In this document: one piece after another, positions 53,990 through 64,000 of the stretch
Numbering within the stretch: position 1 is the first letter of the stretch
Layout of the letters: each line of letters begins with the position of its first letter
Source of the DNA: the human T2T-CHM13v2.0 reference genome, Homo sapiens
Length of the DNA: 64,000 nt
Assembly: GCF_009914755.1 (NCBI RefSeq)
Contig: NC_060930.1
Reading direction: 5' to 3' (one strand)
Program-made: the position numbers and the translations under genes
Notes under the pieces: model-generated
Told to the model about the DNA's origin: nothing
The model's database searches: none
What the model saw: only the letters and a program-made list of their open reading frames with translations

Positions 53990-54266
53990 CAATACACCTT
54001 TCTTTTTACCCATGTTGAATCTGAGGCCTAGGGAGTTGAGGTGACTTGACGAGCATTACATATCTGAGCAAAGCCAGCCCAGTGCCCTTTATACACTTAA
54101 CCTAATGCATATGTTCTGAGAAGTCATCTAACCTAGCTATTGTTTTTAAGAATTACAAATAATATTTTAAAACTCTGGTATGTTCAAAATAAAGAGAAAG
54201 AACACAACTGAAATCCCAAAGAAAAAGACGAAATCAAATATATGTAGCATATACAGACACATACTT

Positions 54267-54280
54267 TATATATATATAGT

Positions 54281-54329
<49 letters not shown>
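54267..54329 (+). repeat. (TA)n-(CT)n-(TA)n compound microsatellite
   Basis: Direct reading. Confidence 0.93.
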
Positions 54330-54482
54330 AAATATTAACTGAGGTATTGATAGGAGTCAAATAGGATGTTCCTTCAAAGCCTTATTTCTCTTTATAATAA
54401 TTAAACAATATAGATGAGTGTTATGTATTCAGAATTTAAAGTCAGGCTGCCTATGTGACCTAAGGGCAAGTTACTTAACCCC

Positions 54483-54942
54483 TGTAAGCTGGTCTGTTGC
54501 CTGTTTACTCACAGATCCATCTTTTACCCTTTCCTCTGCTCTGCTTATGCAAATCCACATCCCAGCCTCCCTTGTCAACTGGATTCCAGTCAGTTTTGGC
54601 CAATGGGAGGCAGTAGAGGGAGATTGGAGGTGGGAGAAAGAAAGAAAGAAACCATTGTTTCTCTCTGTGTCCCTCTGTTTGGGGTCAGATCTCCTCTAGA
54701 TGTGGCTGAGTCTCCTCTGTGATTCTACCCCTGCTGGGCTTCCCTAACTTCTGATCTCAGGTAATGTGGCCTCCCTCTTGTATTTCCCTAGCTCTTGGGT
54801 TGTGAGTAACTCCCTGGTATTGCTAATCTTCAGGTTGTCTCACCATCCCTGTTTCCCCATCACCCATTTGAACACCTTTGTAACTTGTACTCCATATAAC
54901 ATATCCTCTATTTAACCCAGTATGGACTGTGTTTCTTGACTC
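54483..54942. mobile_element. ERVL LTR (LTR33-like) inserted in a MIR (MIR halves ~54410-54482 and ~54943-55070)
   Basis: 'ctcccttgtcaactggattccagtcagttttggccaatgggaggc...gagattggaggtgggaga'. Confidence 0.7.
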
Positions 54943-55649
54943 TATAAGCCTATTTCCTAACCTGTATAAAGAGGATAGCAATAGTTATCAGCATTACACT
55001 GTTGTGGAGATTAATTACTGTACATAAAGTACATGACACATAGTGAGTGCTCAATCCATATTAGCTGATAATAGTATTTCCCATCTCTGTAGCTTAAATC
55101 ACTTTAGTGCATAAGGACAAGAGTGATCAAATTCTATCCTTAGTGAGAGAGAGAACATTCCAAGAGGAAATGTTTATACACATACTCTGTTATAAATGTA
55201 GTTACTGCAGCCATTTTGTAGTTGTCAGTCAAAAAGTAATTCAGTTCATTTGTATGATCATGCTGATCAATTGAAAACCCTACCTGGACAGCAAGTTGGA
55301 CTTTCAGAGGCATTGTTAATGTCCATTAACTATCTAATGTCCATCTAAGAACAGCCAAGGAAGGGCAACGATACTGCATTCCAACTCTCAATTTAATCAT
55401 GTGTTAACTAGGCTGGCTATGCTTTGCTTGGGAAACAGTATATTCACATGCAAAAACATCGGTTGACCTAGTTGTCAATTGTGATAGTGTATATATTCCA
55501 CTCCTGTCCCCCTACCTCTAATTTCTGCAACATTTAAAAATAGGTTGAGAATATTTTAGCTGGAAGCATCATAAGGTAGCCTGGTTAGCAAAGTGCCATG
55601 TATTTATTTCCCTACTCTCCTTTGCTCACCAACTGGGCTTGTAAAATCT

Positions 55650-56580
55650 CACCACTTCTCTGAGTCCTCCAATTATATATCCAGCTCCCTACTGGACAGA
55701 TCCTTTTGGATAATGCATAAGCGTCGAAAACAACACATTCAAAATGGAGCATTTTATTTCTCCTGAAAATCTGGTCCTCTTTTAGCTCCCTCCATCTCAG
55801 TATATGGCGTCACAGTTCACCTAGTTTCTAAATTAGCCAGAACCCCTGGGCATCCTCCATGCTCTCCTTTCCCTCACCACCTACATCAGTCTATCACCAG
55901 GGCTTCTTGAGTCTTCACAGACCACTTCCCTTCTCCACTGCCGTTTCGAGCAAAACCAAGCAAGCTACCAGCCTCTCTTGCCGGGATTGTGACACCGCCA
56001 TTCTAACTGGTCTCTGTAACTGGTCCCATGCTTTTCTCCTTCCAATCCCTTCTCCACAGAGTAGCCAAAATCACCTTTTGAAAATGTAGATCAGATTCTT
56101 TTAGTCAGCTGCCGCAAACTCCTCAATGGCTTCCTCGTACAACTAGAATAAGATACACATTCCTTTCTGAGACCTGCAAGGTCTGGCATAATCCATTCCC
56201 TTCCCAATTTTCCAGCTTCCTCTGCCCGTTCTCTTCATTCTGCTCAGCCATTGTGGCCTTGGTCAGCATCTGGGACACTTGAGGCCCTGTCCCTTTCAGG
56301 AACTTTTCATGTGCAGGTTTCCTTGGCTCCTCTCCTGGCAATCTCCTTTTGGTCCTTCAGCACTCGAGGTAAATGCCACCTCCACAAAGTAGCCCTACCT
56401 CACCACCCTGTCTAAAGCAAGCTCCTGACATTCTCTTTAAGAAACACTTGTCTTTCTGCATAGCATTAATAGCAACTCTAAGCTTCTTGTCTATCCTGTT
56501 TTTCATTGTTCCTAGCCCACAGCAGAGTGCTCAGGGCATGGTTAGTACTCAGAGAATAATAGTTGAATAAATGAGTGAAT
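55650..56580 (+). mobile_element. L2 3' region
   Basis: 'ttctccacagagtagccaaaatcaccttttgaaaatgtagatcag...ctcctcaatggcttcc' ... 'gttgaataaatgagtgaat'. Confidence 0.75.
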
Positions 56581-58290
56581 ATACCAACAGAGCCCACAAG
56601 TCAAAGTCCACGCAAAATGATGGAAGGGTATTATTCTGGAACTTTCTAACCCAGTCATGGTATTTAAATCAGTGACACCTTCAAAAAACAAAAGAAAAAC
56701 GGAAACAAGGCTCTGGTGCCTAGATTGTGTTCCGATCAAGTTTTATTATTTTTAGTGGATTAATTTGAGGATTGATCTTGTCCCTAGTCTGTTAATCACA
56801 GATTTCTTTAAGGAGTACCAAATTAATTTTTATGTCTTTTCATGTATTAGTCATAAGTTATGTAATACTTATTGCATTTTTAGTAGTTTGGTTAAAAGGA
56901 AAATGCACTACAGGGAGCATGAAACCCACATGCAGAAAAACGGTCCGTTTTTAGAGAATTCAAGCTTCTGATAGAGAATTAAAAACCAAACTAATATTAC
57001 TGCGATAGAATCTACACGTAGGACTTTTACCTTTCCGAAATAGGAAAGTGGTTGTTCCCCCTTCCTCTGAGGGCACTTCTACCACGCTAGAGGGGGCTGT
57101 TGTACTGAGTTTACTTACTTATGTTCAGAATAATTTTTTTGTAGATCTGATGTGGCTTTCATATGGAACGATGATTTGTGCCCTTAAGCACTTTTCATAT
57201 GGGTAAACCCAATTTATCTTTGGATGAATCCCTGGTCTTCATAGTCAGAAAGACCAGATATTCGGTACCTACCAAACTCCCCAAAATCCCTAAGTCAGAG
57301 GAAGCAAATCTGCCCACAGCCCACACCAGATACATTTAATCAAGGATTCCTTTGGAAAGGTTATTTTTATTATGTTGTAATACCAAGGCAGACACTGAAT
57401 TTTAGCACTTATGCTTATCCTATGCCTTATTCTTTCAAGGTGGAGAAAAGAGCATTATTTTTTTTTTACATTTGCATTGTATCAACATTTGGGGAAAGTA
57501 TAGATTTAGCTGTAAACTCCTGCTTGGGACCCTGCAAAACAGAGTACCCATGTCTAGGCATAATTACAGAGAAAGAGAGAGATTTGAGGATGAGAGATTG
57601 GCCACATAGTATTTTAAGGTCATGAAAGCCCACATGTGAGAGTTCACAGTATGCCAGGACATGTGATGGAAGGGCAGGATTCTGTGTGTTTTGGGTAGAG
57701 CAGAACAGAATTCAGAAATCTGGAGGAGACTGACAGATCATCATGTATTCCCAGCAATGAATTCGTCCACCCAAGGCCACACAGTCAAGATTCTAATTCA
57801 GTATTCTAAGTCCAGGTCTCTTTGACATGCAAGCTCTTCAACTTTAAAGACTACGTAGTTATTCATCATTGTGGGCAATACATGATAGCAAGCAGTTTTG
57901 TTGCTATTACTCAAATTAAAAACTAAGAGGTAAAAAAAAGTTTCAAAATAGATGAGTAGCAAAAGCTGATTACAGCACAATTGGGAGAATTCAAAAACCT
58001 TGATTCTGTGTTCTGACTATCGCCACTAAGAGGCACTCCTTCCCAGAAGAAGCAAAATGTCAGCAATGCAATAAGAAGCAGAAAGTTCATTTTTCACACT
58101 TAATTTTTTTTAATCTAGTTTAATTTTTGTACTGTGTTATCCAATAATAAACATCAGTGAATAGGGGAAAAGAGAAACTGCCTTGTGTGAGTGACAAGTG
58201 GTGTGCACTCTTCCCCTTCTTTCCTGCTGTGGATGCTGAAGATGCCCTGGAGGAGGCCCTGACGCTGCCTTCTCTTTACTCTTCCCCCAG

Positions 58291-58445
58291 GACTGCTCTA
58301 CGTTGGCTTTAGTGCCTGCATGTTTGGTCTCTACAGCTTTATGCCAGTCGTCATAAAGAAAACCAGTGCCACTTCAGTCAACCTCTCCTTGCTCACAGCA
58401 GACTTGTACAGCCTGTTCTGTGGATTGTTTCTCTTCCACTACAAG
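58291..58445 (+). CDS. SLC35F1: SLC35F1 coding exon (likely exon 7), 155 nt, phase 1->0: (G)[51 protein letters not shown]
   Basis: Strong pyrimidine tract ctctttactcttcccccag|GA, donor AAG|gtaagt. Contains the SLC35F-type 'TSAT..NLSLLT.D' motif. Confidence 0.97.
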
Positions 58446-59725
58446 GTAAGTTGAGTGAGTGCTCCTTTGTGAAGATGATACTTTGTAGGAAACAATGAAC
58501 ATGGGTAGGAATGCCTGGATGTGAAATGCCCTGATTTTGTGTAGGGAATAGTAATGTAACTGGGTGTGCTAACCTCCATGATTTAGGTATTCACATTTCA
58601 GCTATAAGACAGAGACATTTTGTCCTATGAGATCAGTAACTATGGACAATTGATAGGAAAAGATAAGAAACAGCCATAAAGGAAAGAGCTTTTGAATACT
58701 GGGGACAGCTTTCCTGATAGCATTCAGCCCAGAAGCTACTCTTTTTCCAATACGAACCTAGGAAGAGTTGTACAATTCCCAGACTACAGCTGCAAAATGG
58801 ATTCTGCGAAAGGCCTTGGCAGAGTATGTTCTCTTTGGAGAAAAGACACAATTCCTGCAGTTTCTGCTTTGCAGATTTTTTTATAGCAAATATGAATGGA
58901 AAATGCTAATGCACTAGAAATAGTTTTTTTACTAAAAGATTGGGGTTTGAGTAAAGGAATGCAAAGAGATCATGTGAGGCACTTGCAGTGAATGCATCAG
59001 CCCTGAAGAAAAGAAGAAACTGTCCAGTCCAAAGATGTCAGCCTCTCAGAATGCAAAACTCTACCCGCATCTTTGCCCTAGGGAGGCATGACTAATTGAT
59101 TATGGCACACTGAGGTCAGATCCTACTCCTCTTAACACCACACTCACTGCTGCCAATAACAATCAATTAGAATTGACATATGAGAAGATACCACTTGCCA
59201 TTCCTTAACAAGTCCTGTAAGACAAGAGTCAACAGGGACTATGACCCAGTGTGAAACAGACCAAATATGGAATGTCCAAGCAGATAAGACCAAACTTGGA
59301 TAGCTGAAAGAAGAAGAGGCAGAAGAAAAGAGACACTACTCTGGCCACTTCTAGCCAAGTTCCTCACCAGTGGTATTACAGCCACCATCCGCAGCACTCG
59401 GGGGTGGCCAGATGATGGGGCACCTTGGTAGGCAGAGCATCTTCATCCAGATGAAACAGGGTGTAGACGTTCCTGGAGCAACAATAAGCTAAAAAGAGCA
59501 TGTACTTGATATGATCAGGGCAAAGCAGCTGAAGTGAATAATCAGGATTACTACTGAGAGAAGCAAAAGTCATAGCCAAGAAACCGATGCAGAAGGGCAG
59601 ACACGGGTGAAAAAGAAGTTACAAACGAAGCTAGTTAGTAGCTAGGAGGATCAGAAACAGATCTGAGAGATGGTACAAGTTGAGAAAGTGGCTGTGACAG
59701 CAGACAGGAATAAAGTTCCTATTTT

Positions 59726-59878
59726 TCCTCCAGCTTTATTGAGGTATAACTGAGGAATAAAAATTGTACTATATACAGTATTTAAGATGTACAACATGAT
59801 TTTTGGATGTATGTATACATTGTGAAATGTTCACCACAATCAAGCTAATTATATCCATCACCTCACATAGTTACCTTT

Positions 59879-59914
<36 letters not shown>

Positions 59915-60078
59915 TGTGTGTGTGTGGTGAGAATACTTAAGATCTACTTCCTTCGCAAATTTCAAGTACAGGTTACCACTAACTATCATCACCATGCTGT
60001 ATGTTAGGTCTCCAGAACTTACTCATTTTATAACTGAAAGTTTGTACCCTCTAGCTATCATCTCTCCATTCCCCCAAC
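59726..60078 (-). mobile_element. 5'-truncated L1MA8/9-like element containing (TG)n at ~59883-59925
   Basis: 'cagctttattgaggtataactga...gtgagaatacttaagatctac'; perfect 13-bp TSD aagttcctatttt at 59713-59725 and 60079-60091. Confidence 0.88.
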
Positions 60079-60614
60079 AAGTTCCTATTTTATATGGAGC
60101 CTTTTGCCCAATACAGTGGCAAAACCGAGAGCTTAAAGAAAGTATCTAGGACTAGGCAATGTTTATTGTTTGCAGTTTGTTTCGTCTGTATGGAACAAGC
60201 TGCTTCCCAAGCTACCTTGGTCCTCATAAGGGTAAAAAGCAAGATCACAATATATTCCTCTCGTGCTGCTCCTAACCAGTGCTGGGAAGACCAGCTTCCT
60301 TCAAAATCCCCCTCCTCACACACCCAGTCATTTTCCAGAGCTCTGGGGAACACCTGGCTATGGGTTCATCCTCACAGCAGAGTGGCCACCAATATTCTTC
60401 TCTCCTCTTCAGTTAAGCATCCACATCTAGTCCATTACTTGGTGTGAACTCAGTTCTTAGCAATTAATCTTGTAATTTGCTTTATAAGCTCCTGAACTAG
60501 GAGAATCCCTTTAATCTTCCTTAAGGGAAGATAACCAAAATCTGTTGTTCTGCTGAGGGCTGCAGTCACTGCTTGGGCAGTTCAGACCCAGGCCAGCTCC
60601 CAGCATGCCTGAGA

Positions 60615-60782
60615 GCAGTGTTCTCGAAAATCTGGTTTCACTGGGGTGCTTGATAAAAATGCAGATTTTTGGGCCACACCCCTAAGCCACAGAGTCAATA
60701 TCTGGAGATGTGTCTGGGGGAGTCTGGTTGGTAACATGTTCCCCCTGGCAGTCTGATGCCCTCTGAGTTTGAGAACCACTGT
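60615..60782. mobile_element. MER5-family element
   Basis: 'cagtgttctc...aaaatgcagattttt...gtttgagaaccactg'. Confidence 0.75.
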
Positions 60783-61244
60783 CTTTGATAACAGTGTACT
60801 CGAACAGTGCCTGTTCCTGTCTGGGTCTGTCCTTTCCCACACTTCCACTGATGTGGGGTTAAACCTGGGGTTCCTCAAACTTACACACATCAGGAAATGA
60901 GAGGGCTGATACGCTAATTCTCGGCAATCTATCCTCTCCTCCTGTCATTTGTATATTACTATTCATTGAGGATAAGTAACTTCGCTGAAGAGGAAACCAT
61001 GTAGTAACCCCTCATTATGCCATCAGAAGGGAGGCTGTGTTATCTGAAAATTAAATTACTGTATTCACTAATTTAGAATTGTAATGGATATTTTTATTTC
61101 ATACAGCAATGATTTGGGTTTTTTTTTTTTTTGGTATGGCAAAATACACATACATTTTGTTACTATTTGAAAGATAAATTTTCTTAAAGCAGGGATTGAT
61201 CCAACATAGTAGTCATTTCTTCTAGTTAAAATTTATTTCTATTG

Positions 61245-62540
61245 CCTTTTTAAAAATTAAACTATGAATATACTTGTAGATTCACGTGCACTTTTAAGAA
61301 ATAATAGAGAAAGCCCAGTTAACCCCTGTGAGCCCAAGTATCTGAGATAGGTCTCAATCAATTTGGAAAATTTATTTTGGCAAGGTTAAGGGTGCACCCG
61401 TGACACAGCCTCAGGATGTGGTGACAATATGTGCCCAAGGAGGTTGGGGAACAGCTTGCTTTTTATACATTTTAGGGAGACATAATACATCAATCAATAT
61501 ATGTAAGATTTACATTGATTTGATCTGGAAAGGCCAGACAACTCAAAGCAGAGGCTTCCAGGTCACAGGTTAGATTTAAACATTTTCTGATCAGCAGTTG
61601 GTTGAAAGAGTTATTATCAATAGGAAGGAATGCCTGGTTTACCATAAGGGGTTGTGAAGACTGGGGTTTTATCATGCAGATGAAGCCTCCAAGTAGCAGG
61701 CTTCAGAGAGAATAGATTGTAAATGTTTCTTATCGTATTTAAGGTCTGTGTTGATATTAATGCCAGTTGGCTCTTCCTGAATTCCAAAAGGAAGGAGGGT
61801 ACAGTGAGGCATGCCCAACTCCCCCTTCCCATCATGCCCTGAACTAGATTTTCAGGTTAACTTTGGAATGCCTTTGGCTGAGAGGGAGGGTCCATTCAGA
61901 TGGTTGGGGGGGCCTTAGAATTTTATTCTTGGTTTACACTCTTCACCTAGTCACTCACCCCTAGTGATAACATCTTGCCAAACTGCAGTACAAAAAAACC
62001 CCACAAAACGGTAGTACAATACCAGGATGTTAACACTGATACACTCAACATCCAGAACATTTCCATCAGCACAGGGATTGCTCATGCTGCCCTTTATAAC
62101 CACACCTACTTCCCTCACCCACCCCCAGCTCCTCAAAATCACTAATTTGTTCTCCATTCCTATAAATTTGTCATTTCAAAATGTTATATAAATGGAATTA
62201 CACAATGTGTTACCCTTAGGGATTGAGTTTTTCCACTCAGCATAATTCTCTGAAGATTCACTCAGGTTGTTGCATACATCAGTAGTTTATCTTTTTTATC
62301 ATTCAGAAGTTGTCCATGGTGTGGATATGCCACAGTTTATTTAACCAGTCACCTGGTGAAGGACATCTGGGCATCTCTACTTTTGACTATTACAAATAAA
62401 TCTGCTGTGAACATTCATGTACAGGTTTTAGTATAAACAGGAGTTTTTATTTCTCAGAGATAAACACCCAAGAGTACAACTGCTGGGTTGTTTGATAACA
62501 TGTTTAGTTTTTATAAGAAACTGCCAAACTATTTTACAGA
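61245..62540 (-). mobile_element. L1MC-like 3' region, antisense, split by an LTR
   Basis: 'tagattcacgtgca...aagaaataatagaga' continues after the LTR as 'ttcacctag...gataacatcttgccaaac...ttataagaaactgccaaac'. Confidence 0.8.
61327..61938 (-). mobile_element. Full-length ERV1 solo LTR (MER4A/MER4A1-like), 612 bp
   Basis: TG...CA termini. The minus strand starts tgtaaaccaagaataaaattctaagg and ends ...ctcagatacttgggctcaca, with AATAAA near its 3' end. Confidence 0.88.
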
Positions 62541-62794
62541 GTCATCTATTGTCTTTTATTACAAAGCAATATATATCCATTGTAAGAAAGTCAGAAAATG
62601 CAGATAAGTGCTCTTGTACATTGGTACCATTTTAGAGTGGATGTATATTTTTACAGTGCACATATATTTTACAGCTTATATATTTTTAATAAAAATTTAG
62701 TTATACCATCCATGGTTTTGTCATATGATTTATTTAAACTTATCATGTATATGTTTCCATATCATTTAATGTCTCTATATTATATAAGCCTAAA

Positions 62795-63210
62795 TTTGTG
62801 GTTCTCAACTCTGGCCATACCTTACAATCACATGGAAAAAATATAAAACATAGTCATGCCTAGGTCCTGCCCAAGAAAGCGAGATCCTGATTAATTGGGA
62901 GCAGGTTTTTTAAAAGCTCTTCAGATTATGCATCATATATGCTAATATACAGCCAGAGTTGGGAGTCACTAATCTGTACTATTATTTTAATGGCTACACA
63001 GCATGCCACAAAATGGTTATACTTCCATTTTTTTAACCCAGGCTTCCTTAACCATGGCGATGTTGATATTTTAGACAAGACAATTGTTTGTTTTGGGGGC
63101 CTGTCCTTTGCTTTATCCCTGGCCTTGATCTACCAGATGCCAATGGCATCCACCCAGTAGTGAGAATCAAAAATTTCTCCACACATTGCTAAATATTGAG
63201 AACCACTGAT
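62795..63210. mobile_element. MER5B-like (~62795-62980) and MER20-like (~63035-63210) hAT fossils
   Basis: 'gtggttctcaactctggc...cagccagagttgggagtcact' and 'ttttagacaagacaattgtttgttttggggg...ttgagaaccactg'. Confidence 0.65.
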
Positions 63211-63905
63211 TTAACAACCCTTAATTATTGAATTCAGGTGTTATCTCTTTTTGGCTATTAGAAATAATCTGGAAAATTAGCTTCTAAGTTTTTGTTCACA
63301 TCCAATATTTCAGTGTTTTTTTTTTCAAAATAATTTATATGTAAATATACAAAATTGACTTTTTAATTTCTAATTTGAAACAGAAATCTTTAAAATAATT
63401 AGAGAATTCTACTGACCAAACAAGAGCCCTGCACAGAAGCAGTACATGCAAAGCCCTGTTAATATCATGACAACCAATATTAGGACATAGACATATGCTG
63501 TATTTCGTCTTCCCCTTCATTCTCATTGTACTTAACTGATACCACACCACTTAGCTCCTGAATAAACACTACCTTGTATTGTTTTCCAGTTGCTTTATGA
63601 ACAATCATATTTAGTATCTGCAAAAAAAAAAAGCAAAATACTCAATTAATTTAAATCCAAAAATTAAAAAAAAAATTTATTTGCCTTAAAGAGTCTCTAA
63701 AAGGCTCTTCCAGGCAATGCTTGAATTTAAAATCAAGTAGTCATTGTTTGGAAAATTCATGTTTCATCCTCAGGGCCCTACTTCCCTGTCTCTAACATTG
63801 GCCTTGGGGTCTTCAGGTGGAGAGCCAGAACAGGGAGAAGTGTAGCACTAAGAGGCCCCCAGGTTTCCCACCACAGCCAGATGGGCTATCTCAGAAAATC
63901 GACTA

Positions 63906-64000
63906 TTTTTTTTTTTTTCGAGACAGAGTCTCACTCTGTTGCCCAAGCTGGAGTACAGTGGTGCGATCTCGGTTCACCACAACCTCCACCTACCAGGTTC
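63906..64000 (-). mobile_element. Alu, antisense, cut by the window end
   Basis: Poly-T then gagacagagtctcactctgttgcccaagctggagt. Confidence 0.95.

Overview
Human-like (primate) genomic DNA, about 40% GC by eye and rich in Alu/L1/L2/MIR/LTR/DNA-transposon fossils. The window lies inside one + strand gene, which I recognise from recalled protein sequence as SLC35F1 (DMT/EamA-fold solute carrier). Five internal coding exons (likely exons 3-7: 8619-8746, 40102-40261, 48566-48722, 50601-50653, 58291-58445) have canonical AG/GT ends and join into one 653-nt open frame ([16 protein letters not shown]...[10 protein letters not shown]). Start and stop codons lie outside the window. The rest is intron, and nearly all ORFs in the supplied track are repeat-derived or random. 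I found no convincing new multi-gene system. The most interesting small structures are: a double palindrome just after exon 3; a nested Alu pair whose target-site duplications triplicated an AP-1 motif; a micro-duplication giving three TCF/LEF motifs; a diverged ~97-bp local duplication; a possible orphan retro-insertion with an 18-bp TSD; and exon phases plus inverted Alus that would allow stop-free circular RNAs. Repeat subfamily names come from recalled consensus sequences, and old-repeat boundaries are approximate.
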